A DNA stretch of 62,726 bases, counting the filler, from Chiloscyllium plagiosum (taxonomy: Eukaryota): the NCBI RefSeq assembly GCF_004010195.1. It is 3 parts of one record of this genome, joined end to end, with 100 filler letters (N's around TTAATTAATTAA, not from the genome) between each part and the next. Parts side by side here need not be neighbours in the genome. Positions count along the whole stretch, not along the records: positions 48,507 to 62,726 come from NC_057717.1; 2 more parts are not named here. The stretch is one strand, 5' to 3'. Under the pieces are notes generated by a model that worked only from the letters and a program-made list of their open reading frames with translations, was not told the DNA's origin and did no database searches. Every line of letters starts with the position of its first letter. The first letter of the stretch is position 1. A program made the translations under genes and the position numbers. Shown in pieces: positions 50,935 through 62,726 of this stretch.

Positions 50935-51845
50935 CACTATTTCTGTAATACCTCCAGTCTTGTTTTCCTATCTCTGCAACATTTTCAGCCTTGCTTTCCT
51001 ATCAAAGTAACATCTCCAACTTTGCTTTCGTTTCTCTCTGTAACATTTCCATCCTTTCAATCCTCTCTCTGTAACATCTCCAGCCTTGCTTTCCTATCTC
51101 TGTCACAACTCGAACCTTGTTTTCCTCTCTTTGTGACATCTCCAGCCTTTCATTCGTATCTCTGCAACATATTCAGCCTTGCTTTTCTATCGCTGTATCA
51201 TCTCCAGCCTTGCTTTCCTATCTCTGCAACATCTCAATCCTTACTTTCCTCTCTATGTAACATCTCCAGCCTTGCTTTCCTCTCTTTCTGTAACATCTCC
51301 AGCCTTGCTTTTCTATCGCTGTGATACCTCCAGCATTGCTTTCCTATACCCGTAACAATTCGATCCTGCTTTCCTATCTGTGTAATATCTCCAGCCTTGC
51401 ATTCTCATCTCTGTAACATATCCAGCCTTGTTTTCCTATCTCTGTAACATATCCAGCCATTCTTTCTTCGCTCTCCGTAACATCTCCAGCCTTGCTTTCC
51501 TATCTCTGTAACATCTCCTGCCTTGCTTTCCCACCTCAGTAAAATATCCAGCCTTGCTTTTTTCTCTATTCGTAACATCTCCAGCCTTGCTTTCCTATCT
51601 CTGCAACAGCACCAGCCTTGCTTTCCTCTCTCTGTAACATCTCAAGCCTTGCTTTCCTACCTCTGTAACATCTCCAGTCTTGCTTTCCTATCTCTGTAAC
51701 ATCTCCAGCCTTGCTTTCCTATCTCTGTAACATCTCCTGCCTTGCTTTCCTATTTCTGTAACATCTCTGGTCTTGCTTTCCTGTCTCTTTAACATCTCCA
51801 GACTTTCTTTTCTATCTCTGTAACATCTTCGAACTTGCTTTCCTT
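50935..51845 (+). repeat. 31-bp minisatellite, roughly 29 units
   Basis: Consensus CTCTGTAACATCTCCAGCCTTGCTTTCCTAT; units start at 51661 and 51692, for example. Confidence 0.95.
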
Positions 51846-52734
51846 CACACCTCAGTGACTTGGTTTTTACACACCTCAGTGAATTGATTATATATTTGCT
51901 CCTGCATTTGCATCTTTCTGGGGCTCTAAAAGATATCCACAGCAGTGTGTCTGTCATCGTTTGGACCCTAACATCGACCCATAAAGCTTCATTTGAAGAC
52001 ATGTCCAAGGTATCGTCCCTCCTTCCTGCAGTAACTGATTCCTTAGTTAATAATACAACACCACCTCCTCTTTAACACCCTCTCCTGTCCTGCATATAGT
52101 TCCAGTACAACAGAATATTGAGTTGTTAGCCCGGACCTCCCTCAAACACGTCTTTGTGATGGCAAAAACGTTCCACCTCCATATGTCAACTCATGCCATT
52201 ATTACAACAGTCTGTCTGATAATACTGCCAGTAATAACTTATGCTGGAATATAATACCTGGAATACTCTGTACCTCGGAGTTCCTCAATCATTCACTATT
52301 TGTTATCAGGCTGCCCAAAACATGAACCAAAATTGTAACTCTGGGACTGAATGAATATTTGCTGAATTGTAATTTCCTTTTGTAAAAAATGTATTCATCA
52401 AGTTCAATTTTCCAGAACTGAGCAGTCAGCTCCACATATAATGAGTTTCTGATGGTTAATTCCCCCCTCAGTGTGCAAAGAGGACAGCCCTCAGTAATGG
52501 AACAACTGAGGACTGCAGTTGATGGAGATCAGAGTCGAAAAGTGTGGTACTGGAAATGCACAGCAGATTAGGCAGCATCCCAGGAACACGAGATTCGACG
52601 GATCGAGCATGAGCTCTTTATCGGGATGGGATTGGTGCATTCCTTTTTCTTTGATTCCGTGATTCGCAGGGCTTGGGAACCGTATTCGCTCAGGACGGCA
52701 GCACTGTATATAGCACTGAAATGGAAAACATTCA

Positions 52735-54310
52735 ATCAGTTGTCTGGACAGGGTGTAAAAACGTTGAGGGGAATTACAGACTGATTGAAGTACAAATATA
52801 AGGATAGATAAATACCCTGGGCCAGATGGGGTATATCCTAGGTTGCTCCAGGCATGATGGAAGAAATTGGCGTGCCTTTGGTGATAACCTTTGCATCCTC
52901 GCTGTCCACTGGAGTAGTGCCAGTTGATTGGAGAGTGGCAAATGTTATTCCCTTGTTCAGGGAAGGGAATAGGGATAACCCTGGGAATGATAGAACAGTC
53001 AGTCTTACACCAGTGGTGGGCAAGGTATTGGAAACAGTTCTGAGTGACTGGATTTACAATTACTTAGAAAATGATAATTCCATTAGAGACAGTCAGCATG
53101 GATTTTTGAGGTGCAGGTCATGCCTCACAAACCTTTCTAAATTCTTTGAAGATGTGAAAAAAACACGTTGATGAAGGTAGACCAGTAGATGTGGTGAACA
53201 AGAATTTTAGAAAGGCATTTTATAAGGTTCCCTAAAGTAGGCTCATTCAGAAGGTAAGGAGGCATGGGACGCAGGGAAATGTGGTTGCCTGGATATGGAC
53301 TTGGCTTTCCCATAGAAGATAGAGGATAGTAGCAGATGGAACCGATTCAGCCTGGAGCTCAGTGACCAGCGGTGTTCCACAGGGATCCGCTCTGTGATCT
53401 GTGCTGTTTGTGATTTTTATAAATGACTTTGCTGAGGAAATGGAATGGTGGGTTAGTAAGTTTGCCGATGACATGAAGATTGATGGATTTGTGAATAATG
53501 TGGAGGGCTGTTGTAGGTTGCAACAGGATTTTGACGCGTTGCAGAGCAGGGCTGATAAGTGGCAGATAGAGTTCAACCTTGAAAAGTGTGAAGTGATTTA
53601 TTTAGGAAGATTTCATTTGCATACAGAATATAGGGTTAAAGGCAGAATTCTTGGCAATGTGGAAGAACAGAGGTCTCTTGGGGTCCATATCCATAGATCT
53701 CACAAAGTTGCCACCAAACTTGATAAGGTTGTTAAGAAGGTGATGGTGTGTTGGCTTTCATTATCAGGGGGTTGAATTTAAGAGCGGTGAGGTTAATGCT
53801 TAGCTCTATAAAGCTGTGGTTCAAATACACTTGGAATATTGTGTTCAGTTCTCGTTGCCTCATTGTAGGAAACATGTGGAAGCATCAGAGAATGTACCGA
53901 GCAGATTTGCCAGGATGCTGCCAGGGCTGGGAAATATGTCTTAGGAAGGAAGTTTGAGGGAGCTAGGACTTTTCTCCCTGGAGCCAAGAAGAATGACGGC
54001 TGACTTGATAGAAGTGTATAAGATGTTGAGAGACAAAGATTGGATAATCTTTTCAACAAGCGGCATAATTTTAAGGTGATTGGCGTAAGGTTTCGGGGGA
54101 GATGTCAGAGAGTGGTGGGAGCGGAGAGCACCGCCAGTGATGGTAATAGAGTAGGATACAGTAGGGCTAATTAAGAAGACTCTTGGATAGGCACATGGAA
54201 GTTAGTACATTGCAGGTTTTGTAGGTTAGTCTGATCTTAGAGTAGGATAAAAGGCCGACGAAAAATATTGAGGGCTGAAGGGTTCTTACTGTGCTGTACT
54301 GTTCTATATT
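52735..54310 (+). mobile_element. CR1 ORF2 + tail
   Basis: TGVVPVDWRVANVIPLFREGNRDNPGN, DSQHGFLRCRSCLTNL, IFINDF...VSKFADDMKI; tail ctgtgctgtactgttctat. Confidence 0.9.
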
Positions 54311-55379
54311 CCGAGTTTCTCTCAGTTTGTGGATTATCGTCAGTTGGTGAATGTGTGAGGGAGTGAGGTGTGTGAGGGAGTGAGGTGTGTGAGGTCAGAA
54401 AACTGGGGAGGGACGTTCGACCAAGACTCCCAGTTTTGGTGTGCATGTTTACATTCACCAGAGTGCCAGCACAATATGTGTGGTTACCTCGGCCAGATAA
54501 AATCCACCAAGTTCAGTTATGAAACTGATTTTTGACTTGCTGTTAGCTCCTGGTTTCTTCAGATGCATTCTGTTGGGTGACCCATGTAATAATATCTGAC
54601 CATCCACAGACATGTACAAATTTAATTTGATACTGGTGAATGTGAAGGTGCATTTATTGAATACAATTTCATATGAGTCACTGTAAAACACAAGATGCTG
54701 CAGAAGACTGTCAATTGTGAATATTTTCATCCAGTGTCTGGTCCAGGGAGCAGATATATGGAGTATGGGGGACAAGCCAGATGTCAGCACCAAAAGTAAC
54801 ACCATGTGATTCTAACACTCCATGTCCATACAACTGCTCTCTGAGCCAGATTCTGACTGGGGATGAATTTGTCAGACCTAGTTCCTGGTCAAACAATTTG
54901 TAACTACACTGAGAACAGTGATAGCCTGTTGGCTACTTTCCTCCTGCTCCAGGTGGAATCCAAATGATTTACTTTGAAGGAATGTTTGAATGATTGCCCT
55001 GACCCAGGTTGGAAACTCTCTGGGCAGATGTAGGAGCAGGCCAGTGTTTCACTGAGTGCCAAAGGCTGCTATGAAGTCCACTAGCACGGTGCCTGAATTC
55101 AGGCCTTTTGGAATCCATTTTTAATATCGGTCATGACAATGTCGGCAACGTAGTGTGTTTACTGACCTGAACAATAATCAGGTGTTTGACATGTTTGTGA
55201 ATTGGCAAATGATGAGATATGAACTACAGTTAATCAACTGAACAATAACTCCATCATCTCTGAAAACAATCAAGCTGATCCTATATTGATGGAACTAAAA
55301 TATAAACACCTAACAACATTTTATGATACAAAAGTAAAGCAAGCACATTTTGTTTTGAACAGAAAAAGAACGTGTTGTC

Positions 55380-56610
55380 TGACTAGATTGAATGAATCCT
55401 TAGAAGAGTACAAAGGCAGTATGAGTATACTTAAGAGGGAAATCAAGAGGGTAAAAAGGGGTCATGAGATAACACTGGCAAATAGAATTAAGGAGAATCC
55501 AAAAGGAGTACAGGGAGAACTAGCCATTTGGATAGAGAACTGGCTCAAAGATAGAAGACAGAGGGTGGTGGTGGAGGGCTGTTGTTCAGACTGGAGGCCT
55601 GTGACCAGTGGAGGGCCAGAAGGATCAGTGCTGAATCCACTACTTTTTGTCATTTACGTAAGTGATTTGGATGTGAGCGTAAGACGCACAGTTAGTAAAT
55701 TTGCAGATGACACCAAAATTGGAAGTGTAGTGGACAGGGAAGAGAGTTTTCTTAGATTACAAAATGATCTAGACCAGATGGGCCATTGGCTTCGGAGTGG
55801 CAGATGGAGTTTAGTTTACATTTATGCGAAGTGATGCATTGTGTGAAAGCAAATTTTAGCAGGAGTTATAGTCTTCATGGTGAGATCCTAGGGAGTGGAG
55901 CTGAACAAAGAGACCTTGGAGTGCAGTTTCATTGTTCCTTGAAAGTAGTCGCAGATAGATAAGATAGTGAAGTAGACATTTGGTGTGCTTTCCTTTATTA
56001 GTCAGAACATGGAGTACGGGAGTTGGAAGATCATGTTGTGGGTCTACAGGAAGTTAGTTCGGCCACTTTTGGAATAGTGCGTGCAATTCTTGTCTCCTTC
56101 CTATGAGAAGGAAGTTGTGAAACTTGAAAGGGTTCAGAAAAGATTTCCAAGGATGTTGCCGCGGTTGGAGCAGTTGAGCTGTAGGGAGAGTATGAATCGG
56201 CTAGGGCTGTTTTCAGTGGAGCGTCGGAGGCTGAGGTGTGACCGTATAGAGGTTTACAAAATCATGAAGACATGGATAGGGTAAATGGGCAAAGTGTTCT
56301 CCCTGGTGTGGGGGCGTCCAGAAGTAGAGGGCATATATTTAGGTTGAGAGGGAAAGGTATAAAAGAGAGCTTAGGGGCACCTTTTTCATGCAGAAGGCGG
56401 TATGTATATAGAATGAGCTGCCAGAGGAAGTTGTGGAGGCGAGTACAATTGCAACATTTAAAAGGCATGTGGATGAGTATATGCATAGAAAGGGTTTGGA
56501 GGGATGTGGGCCGGATGCTGGCAGGTGGGACTAGATTGGGTTGGGGTATCTGGTCGGCATGGAAGTGTCTGTTTCCATGCTGTACATCTCTATGACTCTA
56601 TGACTCTAAT
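55380..56610 (+). mobile_element. CR1 ORF2 + tail with a large internal deletion near 55505
   Basis: KREIKRVKRGHEITLANRIKENPK is joined directly to GVQGELAIWIENWLKDRRQRVVV...VSKFADDTKIG; tail (CTATGACT)n. Confidence 0.9.
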
Positions 56611-57639
56611 TTAGAAATGACAATAATTTAACATGCACTGTCAAATAAATAAATGTTTTATGTCATTAAATTGTAGCACGCAGTAAGTTGAAAACTTGAA
56701 ATTTTTAGAATGAATAATAAAGAACGGAGAACAAAGAGAATTCCAGCACAGGAGCAGGCCCTTCAGACCTCCAAGCCTGCACAGATCCAGATCCTCTACC
56801 TAAATCTGTCGCCTATTTTGTAAGGATCTGTATCCCTCTGCTACTTGCCCATTCATGTATCTGTCGAGATATATCTTAAATGATGCTCCCACAAAATACT
56901 CCAAATTTTCTCCGATCAGAGCCTTGTAAAGACTCAGAAATCCATCCCTGCTTTAATATTCAAGTCCTTTAAAAATAAATGCCATCATTGTATTTGTCTT
57001 TCTGACTGGATAGGCTACCTGAAACAATGAACGTACGATGGACATTAATAAACTTATCATCGAGTTTCAAAAATGAACAGTGATTAAAGCATGCTGGCAA
57101 ATGGATCCCAGCCTTGTCTAAACTCTCTGTGCTAATCCACATGCTGCAGAATCCATACAGGCTGCAGCTCCCTACAGACGGTTTGCACACAAACCTGACA
57201 GATACAGACCCTGCAATACCCACCAGAAGATGGACTTTAATGGGACGTTGGAATGTCGCCCTTGGGCCATCAATTTGCCAACCCCGGGTTGAGTCTGATT
57301 GATCAAGGCTTGAAGACTTGGAAGGAAAAGAAACACCTCAAAACCTAACAGAGTGCGGTAACTGGAGTATAACCACTGAGAAAGAAAACAACTCCAAGAC
57401 CATCGGAAGAATAAGACGGCCTCACCACGTGGAGCCTGGCCAAGTTCTAGTGTGGTGGTACACGACCAGCCAAAGTTAAGTAAAAACATCAGACAGTTTG
57501 CAATATTTTTCATTACTTTATAGTAAACTTTATTGCATTAACATTGACTGTGCTCAATAGACAAATATTATTGTTTGTAAGAGTTGACTCACGGTTCTTT
57601 TGCTGAATAGAAGACTTTAAACACACTGTGCAGAAGATG

Positions 57640-59590
57640 CAACACCTTCTTAACTGTTCACTCAACCTGCAGGTTTACCTTGAGACATTCCTGTGCAAGA
57701 ACTCGCAACTCTGTTTGCACTTCAGACTTCTGAATTTTCTTTTCATTTATGAAATAGTCCATGCCGCTCCTCCTTCTCACAAAGTGCATCACCTCACGCT
57801 TTCCCAAGATGTACTCCATCTGCCACTTCTTTCCCCATTCTCCTATTCTATCTGAATCCTTCTGCAGCCTCCCTGCCTCCTCAATGCTACCCGTCCCTCT
57901 ACTTACCTTTGTTTCGTCTAAAAGCCTACCCAGAATGCTCTCAGTTCCTTAATATAGATCGTTAATGTACAAAGTAAAAAGTTGTGCTCCCAACACTGAG
58001 CCTTGTGGAACACCAGTTGTCATCGGTTGGTATCCTGAGAAGGACCCTTTTATCGCCACTCTCTACTTTCTGCCAGACAGCCAAGCTTCTGCGCACACTA
58101 GCACCTTGCCTCTAACAAAATGGGACCTTATTGTACTCAGCAGCCTCCTGTGTGGCACCTTGTCAAAGTCCTCCTTGAAGTCCAGATGGATAACATCCAC
58201 TGGCTTTCCTTTGTCTCACTTGTTTGTTACATCCTCAAATAACTCTTACAGATTTACGAGGCATGACGTACCCTTGACGAAACCATACTGACTTTACCCA
58301 GTTTTACAATTCACTTGCAAGTATTCAGAAATCTCATCTTCACAATGGATTCCAGGATATTACACATAACTGAGGTTGTGCTAATCGGTCTGTCACTTTC
58401 TGCCTTTTGCCGTATTGCCTTTTTAAAGAGGGTGTCATGTTAGCAACTTTCTAGTCTTATGGGCCTCTCCCTGATTCTAGAAATTCATGAAAGATCACCA
58501 CAAATGTCTCAATTATTTCTTCAGCTATCTCCCTTGGCACTCTGCGATATCGTCCATCTGGTGCAGTTTATATACCCATTTAGTTTTTCGAGCAACTTCT
58601 CCTAATAAGCTCTGCCCCCATACTATCTTGAATTTGTGCGATTCTATTTGTGTCTTTCACTGTGAAAACTGACGTGAAATAATTGCTCAGTTTCTCAGCC
58701 ATTATTTGTTCCCCATTACTATATCACCAGCGTCGATTTCCGCGTCTCAATGTTCATTTTTGCCACTCTTCTGCCCTTTATATATCTAAAGAACTCTGAG
58801 AGTCTTGTTTTATATTACTGGCTAGCTTACCCTCATATTTAATCCTCTTCCTCCTATTTCTTATTTTGTTGCCCTGTATTGATATTTGTAAGCTTCCAAA
58901 TCCTCTGGTTTCGCACTGGCATTTATCATGTTATTTGATTTCTCTTTTGCTTTTACGCTAACCCTGATTTCCGCTGTCATCCATTATTGCCTCATCCTCC
59001 CTAAATCATGTTTCTTTTAGCTTGGGACGAATCTCTGCTGTGTCTCCTGACTTACTCCCAAAATCTCCCCCCATTGCTGTCTTTCCTGCTAGCCTACTCT
59101 CCCAGTCAATTCAACCCAGTTCCTCCCTCTTGCCTTTGTAGTTGCTTTTATTCACCGGTAATATTGTGAACTCTAATTTTATCTTCACCCTATCAAATTG
59201 AAGAGTAGGTTGAATGATATAATGCACACTGCATCATAAAGCTTTCTTTACCTTAAGCTCCATTATCAAGTCTGCTTCATTGCACAACTCTAAATCTAGT
59301 ATTGCCCGTTCCCTCGTTGCCTGCACGATAAGCTGCTCCAAAAAGCCACCTCGTAGACATACCACAAATTCCATTTCTTGCAAACCACTACCAACCTGAT
59401 TTTCCCAGTCCACCTGCATATTGAAATCCCCCCAATCACTGTAACTTTGCCTTTCCTACACATCTTTTCTATCTCCTGATGTGACCTCCGTCCCAGCTCC
59501 TGACTACGATTTGTAGGCCTGCACATAATTCCAATCTGTTTTTTTCACTTTTTCCGTTCCTCAATTGTAACCACACAGATTCTGCAACAG
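57640..59590 (-). mobile_element. CR1 ORF2 (EN through RT), decayed
   Basis: QVDWENQVG...FLEQLIVQATRERAILDL.LCNE; the RT part is homologous to 2200-3500. Confidence 0.85.
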
Positions 59591-59890
59591 CTGTCCCTAC
59601 TTTGAGTTTTGGAAACTAAGTGATGGGAATATAAAATATTTTAGCGTTGTCACAAGTTCATAGTTTTGACATTGATGAAAAATATTAAATTGTCAACTCC
59701 ATTGGCCACAATCTATTTATTAGGCCAAATATTCTGTCTGTATTAGGGAAGAATGCAGACATTTGAAACTGTTCGAAAGGCAAGGTATGAAAAGGACATA
59801 AGTCTATAAATAGATTAAAGTGAGTCAAGTGGACAGACAAATATTGTTGTATATAGCATCGTAAGAAAAACTGCCTGTACGCTCAAAGAT

Positions 59891-60206
59891 GATTAGATTA
59901 GATAACTTACAGCGTGGAAACAGGCCCTTAGGCCCAACAAGTCCACACCAAAGCACAACCACCCAGACCCATGTGCATACATTTACCCCTGCACCTAACA
60001 CTACGGCCAATTTAGCATAGCCAATTCACCTCACCGGCACATTTTTGGACTGTGGGAGGAAACGGGAGCACCCGGAGGAAACCCATACAGATGCAGGGAA
60101 AATGTGCAAACATTACACAGAGTCAGTCACCTGAGGCGGGAATTGAACCGGGGTCTCTGGCGCTGTGAGGTAGTAGCGCTAACCAATGTGCCACCGTGCC
60201 ACCCAC
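59891..60206 (-). mobile_element. HE1-type SINE
   Basis: Closely similar to 1604-1933, including the (TCTAA)n tail. Confidence 0.9.
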
Positions 60207-62726
60207 AAATGAAGTAAAAGGCAGTCTATTATTTCAGTGGAGATATTAGGTTGAGGAAGAAAGGAATCGGGCACTTGAATTACAAAATAAAACATTTAGG
60301 TGTGCATAAAGTTTTCAGGGAGGTAAGATAAATGTAGAAACTTGCTCAAACAGAATATATTCAAAATTAGGAAAGATTTTCCACAGTTTTGCAGGGTAGT
60401 GGCGAGTCCACATCGAGAGAGTGATGGCCATAATGACATGCAAATCAATTCAGGGAAGATTCACTCAACTAACTCCTGTGATGAACGTTTATTTCAGGAG
60501 GAAATCTTGAACTGACTGACTCTGGATCTGCTGGATTTTCGGCGAACAACATGTGATCTTGGTAACCCCAGAATATTCCAAGTAGTTCTTTCAATTTGAA
60601 CTCTGAAACAATATTTCAGCTTGTGAGAGAGATTACCAGGATTGGATGGACAATAAAACAGAATAATATCTCAATAAAGAAGATGTTGGTTGTTCTAACC
60701 CACTCAACGTGTCGTGTCTTTGTGAACTCTCTTCCCAGATAGCAATGAAGGTTAAGACATTGAATATTCCTAAGGCAGAGGCAGGCAGATTCTTGACTAA
60801 GAGTGACGCACTAACGTTGTAAGATCAAAGAAGGAATGTGTGATTGAGGTCACAATCAGATCATCCACGATCTTATCGCATGATGGAGCTGTATTGGTGA
60901 CTTACTCCTGATGCTAGTTTCGACATTTCTGTTGTTTCTTTTAGATACTGAAAAATTATGATACGTTTCTCATGAACATGCAGTCTTCTCCTTTCAGGTT
61001 ATTAGGCACAACTTTCCACACGGGACTTTTAAACAGCCCTGGAAAATGCACTCAGGAAAGTTTCATGGTTTTGGAGAAAGATCATGGGAACAGGGCAAAG
61101 TGAAAGCCTCCCTTGAAACTGCTTTAGAAATCAGATTGGGTCGAATGGATATCTTTAATAGTACAGATTCCTTTCAGTTATTCTTGGGAAGTGAGTTTCG
61201 TTTGCAAGGCCGGCATTATGTGGCCTATGTCTAATTTCTGTTCAGAATATGGTGATAAACCCCAGGGTTTTTCGCGGTGCAGGGACAGGAACAGGTATGT
61301 TACAAAGAGAGAAACTGTGTTCTGAACCATTTGATAGTGAAGGGAGAATGATTCAAGTCGATGTGCTGTGTGACCTTGGAAATTGAAATCTTCACCATTT
61401 GATGCTCACAATCTATGGAAATAGTGAGACTACATTCTCTGTTTTCAACAATTTAAGTGATAGTCACACAGCATACAAACAGGCCATTCAGCCCAATGCA
61501 TCTACGCCAGCCAGAAAACACCAACCTATATTAATCCCAGTTACCTGAAGATCAATAGCCTATTATGCCCTGGCATTTGTGCTTAAATGCTGCGTTATCT
61601 TATAATATCCATGACTTGAGCTTTTTTGTCCTTTCAATATGTGTACGAAATGGTTTCATGGAAATAGATCACACAATTCCAAAGGCAGCGACAAACCCAT
61701 AAGATCAATAAAATGTCTACATTGTTCAATAATTATTGGAAAGACGGATTGTCTTTTCAATTCCTTTGGGATTTTAACGGAGCTCGATCAGCATTAATTG
61801 CCCTTGAGGCGTTCCAGTTGGTGTTTGTCCATCTAAGTAGCTGTTGAGAGGGAGTGCCAGCTATACATCTCATGTGCTGGTTTAGCTGGGATTAAATATT
61901 ACTGGTGGTGGATGAAGTGTTAACCAAGCCGCCATGCTGTGATGAACAGCTCGCAGGAAAACAGGAAAACTGACTCATTGTCAAACCGAACGTATGGGAT
62001 GGAATTTATTATTTTTCAGAAAAGTAGCAACCTTACAGATACTAGTATGTGTAACAATGAATGAAAGTTGTCTCTATATTATTGGTTTCCTTAGAATAAT
62101 GATGTCAAACAGCTGGAATAACGTTAGTGCTTTTGATGGACGATGCTTGCACTGAGCATGTGAATTATCCTGAATGTTTTCAGAGATGGCTGGGCTTTTC
62201 TAGGCTGAGTAAGTGCTGATACTCCATGGGATCAGGCTGGTTTGTAATCTCGCCACTTACTGAGCACAGTTCTATGGAACAAATCAACATGTCCCATTGG
62301 CTCGTGCTTCACAATATATCAAAGCTTTCATGGCTGCCACCACATGGAATCATGTAAGAAAGTAAAGGCCCATCGAAACTGCACTATCCAGTGCTCATAC
62401 AAGTGCTTTATAAAGTTTGTGAGGTTGCATTCCCAGGCAAAGCATTCTTGACACATATCATCCTCTGGGTTCAAAACAGATTCACCAAAACCTCTCTTGG
62501 TATCTTCTTTTTCATTTCAAACGTAAGTTACCTTGTTTTTTAACCTTTTACTAAGGGGAACAGCTGTTGTCTGTTCACTCTGCCCAGACCTCTCATGCTC
62601 TTATACACCTCTGTTAGGTTCAACCCCCCACCCTTTCTGCTCCAAAAGCAAATCTAACCTATCTTCATGGTTTAACTTCTCTCTTGCCTTGTTACATCTT
62701 CCAAAGTGCAGCATCTCTCATATTTC

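Noticed and set aside
50884..51324. 146-aa hydrophobic repetitive ORF; CRISPR-like periodicity
   Set aside because: Translation of a head-to-tail 31-bp minisatellite with no unique spacers, in a vertebrate context.
57114..57210. MLQNPYRLQLPTDGLHTNLTD resembling NLR LxNP...GLxxNxLTD
   Set aside because: The register is off, the conserved Cys and Leu positions are missing, and there are no exon boundaries; probably chance.

Overview
Eukaryotic, transposon-saturated genomic DNA from a cartilaginous fish (shark; inferred from HE1-type tRNA SINEs and HER1/CR1-type LINEs). It has five assembly gaps, two of them 100-bp artificial joins containing TTAATTAATTAA. The only host coding sequence I can support is two phase-2 leucine-rich-repeat exons on the + strand (35102-35269, 168 nt; 38231-38317, 87 nt). 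They splice in frame into ribonuclease-inhibitor-type LRRs typical of NLR (NACHT-LRR) immune receptors. The rest is mostly decayed retroelements: many CR1 copies (ORF1 zinc finger and esterase, ORF2 EN/RT, 3' tails), a second CR1/Jockey-group LINE with a partner tRNA-SINE, HE1 SINEs, and RTE, L2, Gypsy and Penelope-like (PLE) remnants. There are also Harbinger Myb/SANT remnants and possible Tigger remnants. The most notable signal is a dense set of short PLE terminal-repeat insertions from several families. They carry minimal hammerhead-ribozyme motifs (CUGANGA-N-stemII-GAAA-NN-UH with a palindromic stem III), several with intact cores, often as fold-back hairpins flanked by target-site duplications. 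Other structure: an ~850-bp direct duplication, an ~250-bp inverted duplication inside a nested CR1, a 31-bp minisatellite apparently born from an L2 ORF2 segment, and a young CR1 5' end with tandem ~202-bp CpG-rich monomers. Boundaries of old repeats are approximate, and family names come from motif recognition rather than database searches.
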